Assembly: GCF_003334305.1 (NCBI RefSeq)
Contig: NZ_QOWS01000006.1
Length of the DNA: 64,000 nucleotides
DNA from: Escherichia coli
GTDB lineage: Bacteria > Pseudomonadota > Gammaproteobacteria > Enterobacterales > Enterobacteriaceae
Reading direction: 5' to 3' (one strand)
The position numbers and the translations under genes were made by a program. The notes beneath the pieces were generated by a model. It was given only the letters and a program-made list of their open reading frames with translations. It had not been told where the DNA came from and did no database searches. Shown piece by piece: positions 28,135-37,310 of the stretch (positions are counted from its first letter, which is position 1; each line of letters starts with the position of its first letter).

Positions 28135-29892
28135 TTACCTTTCCTGTCGCCTTGCTCCGCGCTCAGAGAGACGTTCGCGTACTGCTGACCGTTGCTCGTT
28201 ATTCAGCCTGACAGTATGGTTACTGTCGTTTAGACGTTGTGGGCGGCTCTCCTGAACTTTTTCCCGAAAAACCTGACGTTGTTCAGGTGATGCCGATTGT
28301 ATACGCTGGCGGGCGTTATCACGTTGCTGTTGGTTCAGTGGGCGCTGCTGTACTTTTTCCTTAAACACCTGGCGCTGCTCAGGCGAGGCTGACTGAATAC
28401 GCTCACGCGCTGCGTCTCTTCGCTGCTGGATCTGTGGGTTAGTCTGCATTTTCTCGCGGACTGCCTGGCGCTGCTCAGGCGAGGCCGACTGATAACGCTG
28501 ACGAGCGGCGTCCTTTTGTTGCTGGGTCAGTGGTTGGCGACGGCTGAAGTCGCGGAAGTCGTCATAGCTCCCATAGTTTTCAGCTTCATTAAACCGCTGT
28601 GCCGCTGCCTGACGTTGGGTATCTCGTGTAATGACGGGGGCGGCGTGTGTTCGTTGCTGAAACTGACTTGCTGCCGCCTGACGCTGGCTGTCGCGTGTTG
28701 GAGCAGGTAGCTGCGTGGCGCTCATTCCGCCGTTGACATCGGTTTGATGAAACCGCTTTGCCATATCCTGATCATGATAGGGCACACCATTACGGTAGTT
28801 TGGATTGTGCCGCCATGCCATATTCTTATCAGTAAGATGCTCACCGGTGATACGGTTGAAATTGTTGACGTCGATATTGATGTTGTCGCCGTTGTGTTGC
28901 CAGCCATTACCGTCACGATGACCGCCATCGTGGTGATGATAATCATCATCGTCATGATGATGATGGTCATGATCGTCGTCATCCCAGTCGATGCTGCTGA
29001 ATAGTGCGTACGTGGTAGCAACACCCATGCTATAGCCGAATCCGCGCACAAAGCTGTCAATAAACGGTTCTCCGGCTGGTGGTGGCAGATAAACCGGCGG
29101 ATACGCAGTATTGGCCCAGTTCCCGTAAACCACGGTTGGGTTGTAGTTGGGAATATAGACCACATCAGGATTGGCGGGCTCAATGGAAATGACGGTTGTT
29201 GCAGGCTCTGTAATGACGGGGCTGGCAGTTAAAACGGTATTGGATGGTATGACGGGTGCCGTGACTGTCTGTTTTACCGGTACAGCTTTCTTCGTTGTGG
29301 TAATAACTTTTTGTTCGGTTGATGACTTCAGCGAACCGGTTTGTTGCGCCAGTTGCCGCAATCGCTGTACCGAGTCCATCACGTCCTGCGGCTGCGCCAG
29401 AAAAGCATCGCCCAGGTTTTGCACCCATTGCGGGTTTTCGCCCATCAATGCCATCAATTGTGGAAAGGCCACCAGTGATTTAACGCTGGCGTCCCACGGC
29501 TGGTCAGATACCGCCTGAATAGCAGCATCGCCTTGTTTAAGTGGATTATCGTGCGACCATTGCACTGCTTGAGCAACGTTTGCCGGATAGGTTGATGCCA
29601 TTAACACTTGTGAAAGCAGAGAATCGGGGTACAGCGCGACAGGCGCAACCCATTGATCGATTTGTGCAGTGCTGAATGCGGATTTGACGACGGCGGGCGT
29701 TACGGGCGGTGCGGAAACCGTTGCAGGAAGCGTAACTGCGGTGATGTCAGGCGCAGTCTGTTGTGTCGATTGCGGTTCCACAGGCGCTTCCACTGTGCGG
29801 CTTTTTATATATAGCCCGGTAGAGGCGGCACAAAGCCCGGCACTGCAAATTAGCGCCAGCACATGGGGTTTAAACGGCAAAGTCATTTTCAT
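28135..29892 (-). CDS. yacH: secreted DUF3300-family protein with His/Asp-rich tract and C-terminal tandem repeats
   Basis: 585-aa ORF with signal-peptide-like N-terminus; central DDDHDHHHHDDDDYHHHDGGHRDG tract; three ~31-aa repeats (A-R-Q/E-R-I/Y-Q-S-A-S-P-E-Q-R-Q...). Family assignment from memory. Confidence 0.85.
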   Translation of the reverse strand: MKMTLPFKPHVLALICSAGLCAASTGLYIKSRTVEAPVEPQSTQQTAPDITAVTLPATVSAPPVTPAVVKSAFSTAQIDQWVAPVALYPDSLLSQVLMASTYPANVAQAVQWSHDNPLKQGDAAIQAVSDQPWDASVKSLVAFPQLMALMGENPQWVQNLGDAFLAQPQDVMDSVQRLRQLAQQTGSLKSSTEQKVITTTKKAVPVKQTVTAPVIPSNTVLTASPVITEPATTVISIEPANPDVVYIPNYNPTVVYGNWANTAYPPVYLPPPAGEPFIDSFVRGFGYSMGVATTYALFSSIDWDDDDHDHHHHDDDDYHHHDGGHRDGNGWQHNGDNINIDVNNFNRITGEHLTDKNMAWRHNPNYRNGVPYHDQDMAKRFHQTDVNGGMSATQLPAPTRDSQRQAAASQFQQRTHAAPVITRDTQRQAAAQRFNEAENYGSYDDFRDFSRRQPLTQQQKDAARQRYQSASPEQRQAVREKMQTNPQIQQRRDAARERIQSASPEQRQVFKEKVQQRPLNQQQRDNARQRIQSASPEQRQVFREKVQESRPQRLNDSNHTVRLNNEQRSAVRERLSERGARRQER

Positions 29893-30246
29893 AATTCGGA
29901 TCTCAAGGAAATCGCAATGGTCGGCGAACTGCCACCCGCAGGTGCTGTGAATCCGAGTATAAAGAGGCGGTAGTTTAAATTTTGACTAATCTTGGGATTC
30001 GTTGAGAAAGGTGATTATCACCATGCGAATTAACGAAGTTTTTACGGAGGGAAACAATCTCTAGACCATCCTTAACGATTCAGCCACTTTTTTATGTTGC
30101 TTTTTTGTAAACAGATTAACACATCGTCAAAATCCTGCTATTCTGCCCGTTGCGGTACTGGGCATTTACCCTACAAACTGCTGTCTCACAGGAGCGTGAA
30201 GAGAATCGCCTGCCGCACTATGACAATGAGAGCGAGGAGAACCGTC

Positions 30247-32844
30247 GTGCTAGAAGAATACCGTAAGCACGTAGCTGAGCGTGCCGCTGAGGGGATTGCG
30301 CCCAAACCCCTGGATGCAAACCAAATGGCCGCACTTGTAGAGCTGCTGAAAAACCCGCCCGCGGGCGAAGAAGAATTCCTGTTAGATCTGTTAACCAACC
30401 GTGTTCCCCCAGGCGTCGATGAAGCCGCCTATGTCAAAGCAGGCTTCCTGGCTGCTATCGCGAAAGGCGAAGCCAAATCCCCTCTGCTGACTCCGGAAAA
30501 AGCCATCGAACTGCTGGGCACCATGCAGGGTGGTTACAACATTCATCCGCTGATCGACGCGCTGGATGATGCCAAACTGGCACCTATTGCTGCCAAAGCA
30601 CTTTCTCACACGCTGCTGATGTTCGATAACTTCTATGACGTAGAAGAGAAAGCGAAAGCAGGCAACGAATATGCGAAGCAGGTTATGCAGTCCTGGGCGG
30701 ATGCCGAATGGTTCCTGAATCGCCCGGCGCTGGCTGAAAAACTGACCGTTACCGTCTTCAAAGTCACTGGCGAAACTAACACCGATGACCTTTCTCCGGC
30801 ACCGGATGCGTGGTCACGCCCGGATATCCCACTGCACGCGCTGGCGATGCTGAAAAACGCCCGTGAAGGTATTGAGCCAGACCAGCCTGGTGTTGTTGGT
30901 CCGATCAAGCAAATCGAAGCTCTGCAACAGAAAGGTTTCCCGCTGGCGTACGTCGGTGACGTTGTGGGTACGGGTTCTTCGCGTAAATCCGCCACTAACT
31001 CCGTTCTGTGGTTTATGGGCGATGATATTCCACATGTGCCGAACAAACGCGGCGGTGGTTTGTGCCTCGGCGGTAAAATTGCACCCATCTTCTTTAACAC
31101 GATGGAAGACGCGGGTGCACTGCCAATCGAAGTCGACGTCTCTAACCTGAACATGGGCGACGTGATTGACGTTTACCCGTACAAAGGTGAAGTGCGTAAC
31201 CACGAAACCGGCGAACTGCTGGCGACCTTCGAACTGAAAACCGACGTGCTGATTGATGAAGTGCGTGCTGGTGGCCGTATTCCGCTGATTATCGGGCGTG
31301 GCCTGACCACCAAAGCGCGTGAAGCACTTGGTCTGCCGCACAGTGATGTGTTCCGTCAGGCGAAAGATGTCGCTGAGAGCGATCGCGGCTTCTCGCTGGC
31401 GCAAAAAATGGTAGGCCGTGCCTGTGGCGTGAAAGGCATTCGTCCGGGCGCGTACTGTGAACCGAAAATGACTTCTGTAGGTTCCCAGGACACCACCGGC
31501 CCGATGACCCGTGATGAACTGAAAGACCTGGCGTGCCTGGGCTTCTCGGCTGACCTGGTGATGCAGTCTTTCTGCCACACCGCGGCGTATCCGAAGCCAG
31601 TTGACGTGAACACGCACCACACGCTGCCGGACTTCATTATGAACCGTGGCGGTGTGTCGCTGCGTCCGGGTGACGGCGTCATTCACTCCTGGCTGAACCG
31701 TATGCTGCTGCCGGATACCGTCGGTACCGGTGGTGATTCCCATACCCGTTTCCCGATCGGTATCTCTTTCCCGGCGGGTTCTGGTCTGGTGGCATTTGCA
31801 GCCGCAACAGGCGTAATGCCGCTGGATATGCCGGAATCCGTTCTGGTGCGCTTCAAAGGCAAAATGCAGCCGGGCATCACCCTGCGCGATCTGGTACACG
31901 CGATCCCGCTGTATGCGATCAAACAAGGTCTGCTGACCGTTGAGAAGAAAGGCAAGAAAAACATCTTCTCTGGTCGCATTCTGGAAATTGAAGGTCTGCC
32001 GGATCTGAAAGTTGAGCAGGCATTTGAACTGACCGATGCGTCCGCTGAGCGTTCTGCCGCTGGTTGTACTATCAAGCTGAACAAAGAACCGATCATCGAA
32101 TACCTGAACTCTAACATCGTCCTGCTGAAGTGGATGATCGCGGAAGGTTATGGCGATCGTCGTACCCTCGAACGTCGTATTCAGGGCATGGAAAAATGGC
32201 TGGCGAATCCTGAGCTGCTGGAAGCCGATGCAGATGCGGAATACGCGGCAGTGATTGACATCGATCTGGCGGATATTAAAGAGCCAATCCTGTGTGCTCC
32301 GAACGACCCGGATGACGCGCGTCCGCTGTCTGCGGTACAGGGCGAGAAGATCGACGAAGTATTTATCGGTTCTTGCATGACTAACATCGGTCACTTCCGT
32401 GCTGCGGGTAAACTGCTGGATGCGCATAAAGGCCAGTTGCCGACCCGCCTGTGGGTGGCACCGCCAACCCGTATGGATGCCGCGCAGTTGACCGAAGAAG
32501 GCTACTATAGCGTCTTCGGTAAGAGCGGTGCGCGTATCGAGATCCCTGGCTGTTCCCTGTGTATGGGTAACCAGGCGCGTGTAGCAGACGGTGCGACGGT
32601 GGTTTCCACCTCTACCCGTAACTTCCCGAACCGTCTGGGGACTGGCGCGAATGTCTTCCTGGCTTCTGCAGAACTGGCGGCTGTTGCGGCGCTGATTGGC
32701 AAACTGCCGACGCCGGAAGAGTACCAGACCTACGTTGCGCAAGTAGATAAAACTGCCGTTGATACTTATCGTTATCTGAACTTCAACCAGCTTTCTCAGT
32801 ACACCGAAAAAGCCGATGGGGTGATTTTCCAGACTGCGGTGTAA
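30247..32844 (+). CDS. acnB: aconitate hydratase B / 2-methylisocitrate dehydratase, GTG start
   Basis: ORF-track extended by 51 codons; native N-terminus [23 protein letters not shown] begins at the GTG at 30247, giving 865 aa. Confidence 0.95.
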   Translation: MLEEYRKHVAERAAEGIAPKPLDANQMAALVELLKNPPAGEEEFLLDLLTNRVPPGVDEAAYVKAGFLAAIAKGEAKSPLLTPEKAIELLGTMQGGYNIHPLIDALDDAKLAPIAAKALSHTLLMFDNFYDVEEKAKAGNEYAKQVMQSWADAEWFLNRPALAEKLTVTVFKVTGETNTDDLSPAPDAWSRPDIPLHALAMLKNAREGIEPDQPGVVGPIKQIEALQQKGFPLAYVGDVVGTGSSRKSATNSVLWFMGDDIPHVPNKRGGGLCLGGKIAPIFFNTMEDAGALPIEVDVSNLNMGDVIDVYPYKGEVRNHETGELLATFELKTDVLIDEVRAGGRIPLIIGRGLTTKAREALGLPHSDVFRQAKDVAESDRGFSLAQKMVGRACGVKGIRPGAYCEPKMTSVGSQDTTGPMTRDELKDLACLGFSADLVMQSFCHTAAYPKPVDVNTHHTLPDFIMNRGGVSLRPGDGVIHSWLNRMLLPDTVGTGGDSHTRFPIGISFPAGSGLVAFAAATGVMPLDMPESVLVRFKGKMQPGITLRDLVHAIPLYAIKQGLLTVEKKGKKNIFSGRILEIEGLPDLKVEQAFELTDASAERSAAGCTIKLNKEPIIEYLNSNIVLLKWMIAEGYGDRRTLERRIQGMEKWLANPELLEADADAEYAAVIDIDLADIKEPILCAPNDPDDARPLSAVQGEKIDEVFIGSCMTNIGHFRAAGKLLDAHKGQLPTRLWVAPPTRMDAAQLTEEGYYSVFGKSGARIEIPGCSLCMGNQARVADGATVVSTSTRNFPNRLGTGANVFLASAELAAVAALIGKLPTPEEYQTYVAQVDKTAVDTYRYLNFNQLSQYTEKADGVIFQTAV

Positions 32845-32880
32845 TAAGTAAGCGCACGCGCTGCGCATAAACGACACAAT

Positions 32881-32912
32881 GCCCGGTGAATGAGATTCCC
32901 GGGCATTTTTTA
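32881..32912 (+). terminator. stem-loop plus T-run downstream of acnB
   Basis: GCCCGG-tgaatgagattc-CCGGGC followed by ATTTTTTATTT. Confidence 0.65.
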
Positions 32913-33018
32913 TTTCTAAACCATCGCCGTTCCGCTGTTTTTCTCCGGTAAGGCTGCGATAATTACATCAATGGCGCAATGCGATTTCGGCGCATTGCCG
33001 GGAGCAGAGGAACACACT

Positions 33019-33381
33019 ATGGATTACGAATTTCTGCGCGATATTACCGGAGTGGTAAAGGTGCGTATGTCCATGGGGCATGAAGTGGTCGGGCACTGGT
33101 TTAATGAAGAGGTGAAAGAAAACCTGGCCTTGCTTGATGAAGTGGAACAAGCAGCGCACGCACTGAAAGGTAGCGAACGGTCCTGGCAACGGGCAGGGCA
33201 TGAATACACCCTGTGGATGGACGGTGAAGAGGTGATGGTTCGCGCCAATCAACTGGAATTCGCTGGCGATGAAATGGAAGAGGGGATGAACTACTACGAC
33301 GAAGAAAGCCTGTCGCTATGCGGCGTTGAGGATTTTCTGCAGGTCGTGGCGGCTTACCGCAATTTCGTGCAGCAGAAGTAA
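33019..33381 (+). CDS. yacL: UPF0231 family protein YacL
   Basis: ORF-track extended; native start [23 protein letters not shown] gives 120 aa. Confidence 0.88.
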
Positions 33382-33386
33382 ATAAA

Positions 33387-33415
33387 TCTGGCGGAGCCTG
33401 GGAGCTCCGCCAGAG
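33387..33415. terminator. hairpin between convergent yacL and speD
   Basis: TCTGGCGGAGC-ctggga-GCTCCGCCAGA, 11-bp stem. Confidence 0.55.
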
Positions 33416-33418
33416 CCG

Positions 33419-34213
33419 TTAAACAGCTGGCATATTGCGCCCGTAATAAATCTCGCGCATTTCTTTCCACAGCGCAGCGGTAATTTCCTGGCGCTCGCTG
33501 TCGGTTAAATCTTCCGGTTTGGTGTGGAACATGTAGTGCTTAAGGTCGAACTCTTTAAGCAACATCTTGGTATGGAAGATATTTTCCTGATAGACGTTCA
33601 CATCCACCATGTCATACAGCGCCTTCATATCGTCAGACATAAAGTTCTGAATCGAATTAATCTCATGGTCGATAAAGTGCTTCATACCGTTAATGTCGCG
33701 GGTAAAACCGCGCACGCGATAATCAATGGTTACGATATCGGACTCAAGCTGGTGGATCAGGTAATTCAGCGCCTTCAGCGGAGAAATCACGCCGCAGGTA
33801 GAGACTTCAATATCGGCGCGGAAGGTACATAAACCGCCTTCAGGATGACTTTCCGGGTAGGTATGTACGCAAATATGACTTTTATCGAGATGGGCAACGA
33901 CCGTTTCTGGCAGTGGGCCGGGGTGTTCTGTTTTGTCGATGAGTTTCGGGTCGACCGGTTCTTCACTCACCAGAATAGTGACGCTGGCACCCTGTGGTTC
34001 GTAATCCTGGCGGGCGATGTTAAGAATATTGGCCCCGATAATGGAACAGGTTTCTGACAGGATTTCGGTCAGACGGTTGGCATTATAGAGTTCATCGATA
34101 TAAGCAATATAACCGTCGCGCTCTTCGGCAGTTTTGGCGTAGCAGATATCGTAAATACAAAAACTCAGACTTTTGGTCAGATTATTAAAGCCATGCAGTT
34201 TCAGTTTTTTCAA
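33419..34213 (-). CDS. speD: S-adenosylmethionine decarboxylase proenzyme
   Basis: 264-aa ORF ([26 protein letters not shown]...); autoprocessing Ser of the pyruvoyl enzyme expected in the ...KS/LSF region. Confidence 0.95.
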
Positions 34214-34228
34214 TTTCTTATCTTCTCC

Positions 34229-35095
34229 TTAGGACGGCTGTGAAGCCAGTGCGTCTTGCAGATACTGAGGTAAGGCAAAAGCTGCCGTATGGATTGCCGG
34301 ATTGTAATAACGGCATTTCAGGCCAGAGGCGAGAAAACGCGCCTGAATAATTTCGGTTGAGAGATGGCGTAAGGCGTCGTTATCTGTCGCCCATGCAAAA
34401 GTCATGATACCGCCGTAATAGGTCGGGATCGCCGCCTGATAAAAGCCAACGTCGCTGAAGTAATGGCTGAGTTTGCGATGGCTGTCGATGGCTTCTTCCT
34501 GCTGTAAAAAGCAGACGCCGTTTTGTGCGACGAAGATACCGCCAGGATTCAGGCAACGTTTGCAGCCTTCATAAAATGCCGAAGTGAAAAGGCTTTCGCC
34601 GGGACCGATAGGATCGGTGCAGTCGGAGATAATGACATCAAAGGTCTGGCTGGTTTGATTAACGAAATTGACGCCATCGTCGATCACCAGCTTAAAGCGC
34701 GGATCGTCGTAGCTACCGGCGTTATGGTTGGGTAGATACTGACGGCAGAACGATACGACACCCGCATCGATTTCCACCATCGTGATTGACTCAACGTTTT
34801 TATGTCGGGTTACTTCACGCAGCATGGCACCGTCGCCGCCGCCGATAATCAGCACATGTTTCGCGTGACCATGGGCCAGTAGCGGAACATGGGTCATCAT
34901 CTCATGATAGATAAACTCGTCGCGCTCGGTGGTTTGTACTACGCCATCCAGCGCCATTACGCGACCAAATGCAGCGTTCTCAAAAATGATCAGATCCTGG
35001 TGATCGGTCTTTTCATGATACAGAACGTTATCTACCGCAAAGTACTGCCCAAACTGGTCGTGTAGCGTTTCATGCCACTGTTTTTTTTCGGCCAT
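34229..35095 (-). CDS. speE: spermidine synthase
   Basis: 288-aa ORF with aminopropyltransferase motifs ([15 protein letters not shown]); operon with speD. Confidence 0.96.
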   Translation of the reverse strand: MAEKKQWHETLHDQFGQYFAVDNVLYHEKTDHQDLIIFENAAFGRVMALDGVVQTTERDEFIYHEMMTHVPLLAHGHAKHVLIIGGGDGAMLREVTRHKNVESITMVEIDAGVVSFCRQYLPNHNAGSYDDPRFKLVIDDGVNFVNQTSQTFDVIISDCTDPIGPGESLFTSAFYEGCKRCLNPGGIFVAQNGVCFLQQEEAIDSHRKLSHYFSDVGFYQAAIPTYYGGIMTFAWATDNDALRHLSTEIIQARFLASGLKCRYYNPAIHTAAFALPQYLQDALASQPS

Positions 35096-35200
35096 GGGTT
35101 GATACCTCCTTTGTTAACACCCGTAAAAAAAGGGCGCAACATAATAGCTAACATTGACCGCGGATGCACGGTCAATATTTCTACAAAAAGGTATCAGGGA

Positions 35201-35548
35201 TTATTTGACGTAGGCAAGCAGGCTTAAGGAATCGCGGGCCAGGGCTTTGCATTTTTTAGCGACGGGAATGCCAATGCCGCTGAGATCGCGGTAGCTGTCT
35301 TCACCGAGGGCTTTCATGTCGAAGGTGTCGTAATTACTGAGATCCCACTGGTTTTGCTGGGCGAAAAAGACCAGTGCGCGACGAATTTGCCCGTTAGGTA
35401 AGTTCTGGTAACCACAATCGTTCTTCAGAAAGACAAAAACTGCCGTTAAATCGGCCATATCTTCGGCTTCAGACTCGCTGAGTGCGTAACTGTTTGCGCA
35501 AACGGCCATCAGGCTGCCGAATAACACTGTTCTGAAAAACGTCTTCAT
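35201..35548 (-). CDS. yacC: periplasmic PulS/OutS-like (pilotin family) protein YacC
   Basis: ORF-track extended; native start MKTFFRTVLFGSLMAVCANSYA (signal peptide) gives 115 aa; family assignment from memory. Confidence 0.8.
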   Translation of the reverse strand: MKTFFRTVLFGSLMAVCANSYALSESEAEDMADLTAVFVFLKNDCGYQNLPNGQIRRALVFFAQQNQWDLSNYDTFDMKALGEDSYRDLSGIGIPVAKKCKALARDSLSLLAYVK

Positions 35549-35641
35549 TGCTTCTACCAGGGGCTTAAAGAAGATAAACGTTAGCACACTGCGAGCGAGG
35601 CGACGACCATTATTGTCGATTAAATTGTGTCTGCGGCTTGA

Positions 35642-35660
35642 CCTTCCCGTAAGGGGAAGG
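35642..35660 (+). promoter_or_regulatory. CueR (MerR-family) operator in cueO promoter
   Basis: Perfect dyad CCTTCCC-gtaag-GGGAAGG sitting between a TTGACC -35-like hexamer (35638..35643) and TATGCT -10-like hexamer, with a long MerR-type spacer; about 55 nt upstream of the cueO ATG. Confidence 0.8.
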
Positions 35661-35713
35661 ACTATGCTCAACGTTTGATTTTGTTTCGCCTGCTTAAGAA
35701 TAAGGAAATAACT

Positions 35714-37264
35714 ATGCAACGTCGTGATTTCTTAAAATATTCCGTCGCGCTGGGTGTGGCTTCAGCCTTGCCGCTGTGGAGCCGCGCAGTCTTTGCGGCG
35801 GAACGCCCAACGTTACCGATCCCTGATTTGCTCACGACCGATGCCCGTAATCGCATTCAGTTAACTATTGGCGCAGGTCAGTCTACCTTTGGCGAGAAAA
35901 CTGCAACTACCTGGGGCTATAACGGCAATCTGCTGGGGCCGGCGGTGAAATTACAGCGCGGCAAAGCGGTAACGGTTGATATCTATAACCAACTGACGGA
36001 AGAGACGACGTTGCACTGGCACGGGCTGGAAGTACCGGGTGAAGTCGACGGCGGCCCGCAGGGAATTATTCTGCCAGGTGGCAAGCGCTCGGTGACGTTG
36101 AACGTTGATCAACCTGCCGCTACTTGCTGGTTCCATCCACATCAACATGGCAAGACCGGGCGACAGGTGGCGATGGGGTTGGCTGGGCTGGTGGTAATTG
36201 AAGATGACGAGATCCTGAAATTAATGCTGCCAAAACAGTGGGGTATCGATGATGTTCCGGTGATTGTTCAGGATAAAAAATTTAACGCTGATGGGCAGAT
36301 TGATTATCAACTGGATGTGATGACCGCCGCCGTGGGCTGGTTTGGCGATACGCTGCTGACCAACGGTGCAATCTACCCACAACACGCTGCCCCGCGTGGT
36401 TGGCTGCGCCTGCGTTTGCTCAATGGCTGTAATGCCCGCTCGCTCAATTTCGCCACCAGCGACAATCGCCCGCTGTATGTGATTGCCAGCGACGGTGGTC
36501 TGCTACCTGAACCGGTGAAGGTGAGCGAGCTGCCGGTGCTGATGGGCGAGCGTTTTGAAGTGCTGGTGGAGGTTAACGACAACAAACCCTTTGACCTGGT
36601 GACGCTACCGGTCAGCCAGATGGGGATGGCGATTGCGCCGTTTGACAAGCCGCATCCGGTAATGCGGATTCAGCCGATTGCTATTAGTGCCTCCGGTGCT
36701 TTGCCAGACACATTAAGTAGCCTGCCTGCGTTACCTTCGCTGGAAGGGCTGACGGTACGCAAGCTGCAACTTTCTATGGACCCGATGCTCGATATGATGG
36801 GTATGCAGATGCTAATGGAGAAATATGGCGATCAGGCGATGGCTGGAATGGATCACAGCCAGATGATGGGCCATATGGGGCACGGTAATATGAATCATAT
36901 GAACCACGGCGGGAAGTTCGATTTCCACCATGCCAATAAAATCAACGGTCAGGCGTTTGATATGAATAAGCCGATGTTTGCGGCGGCGAAAGGGCAGTAC
37001 GAACGTTGGGTTATCTCTGGCGTGGGCGACATGATGCTGCATCCGTTCCATATTCACGGCACCCAGTTCCGTATCTTGTCAGAAAATGGCAAACCGCCAG
37101 CGGCTCATCGCGCGGGCTGGAAAGATACCGTTAAGGTAGAAGGCAATGTCAGTGAAGTGCTGGTGAAGTTTAATCACGACGCACCGAAAGAACATGCTTA
37201 TATGGCGCACTGCCATCTGCTGGAGCATGAAGATACGGGGATGATGTTAGGGTTTACGGTATAA
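35714..37264 (+). CDS. cueO: multicopper oxidase CueO (cuprous oxidase), Tat-secreted
   Basis: ORF-track extended; native start [28 protein letters not shown] (twin-arginine signal) gives 516 aa; Met-rich insert [46 protein letters not shown]; copper ligands [13 protein letters not shown]. Confidence 0.96.
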   Translation: MQRRDFLKYSVALGVASALPLWSRAVFAAERPTLPIPDLLTTDARNRIQLTIGAGQSTFGEKTATTWGYNGNLLGPAVKLQRGKAVTVDIYNQLTEETTLHWHGLEVPGEVDGGPQGIILPGGKRSVTLNVDQPAATCWFHPHQHGKTGRQVAMGLAGLVVIEDDEILKLMLPKQWGIDDVPVIVQDKKFNADGQIDYQLDVMTAAVGWFGDTLLTNGAIYPQHAAPRGWLRLRLLNGCNARSLNFATSDNRPLYVIASDGGLLPEPVKVSELPVLMGERFEVLVEVNDNKPFDLVTLPVSQMGMAIAPFDKPHPVMRIQPIAISASGALPDTLSSLPALPSLEGLTVRKLQLSMDPMLDMMGMQMLMEKYGDQAMAGMDHSQMMGHMGHGNMNHMNHGGKFDFHHANKINGQAFDMNKPMFAAAKGQYERWVISGVGDMMLHPFHIHGTQFRILSENGKPPAAHRAGWKDTVKVEGNVSEVLVKFNHDAPKEHAYMAHCHLLEHEDTGMMLGFTV

Positions 37265-37283
37265 AAAGACCGTATTCGGAAAT

Positions 37284-37305
37284 ATGCCCGGATTTCTCCG
37301 GGCAT
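37284..37305. terminator. hairpin between convergent cueO and gcd
   Basis: ATGCCCGG-atttct-CCGGGCAT. Confidence 0.6.
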
Positions 37306-37310
37306 TATGG

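Noticed and set aside
28911-28990. His/Asp codon run in yacH as a possible frameshift or sequencing artefact
   Set aside because: The reading frame is maintained through the tract and continues for about 300 codons on either side, so it is a genuine low-complexity coding segment.
30814-32877. 687-aa ORF antisense to acnB
   Set aside because: Same reasoning: fully nested antisense to acnB, no motifs, composition typical of reverse-frame artefacts.
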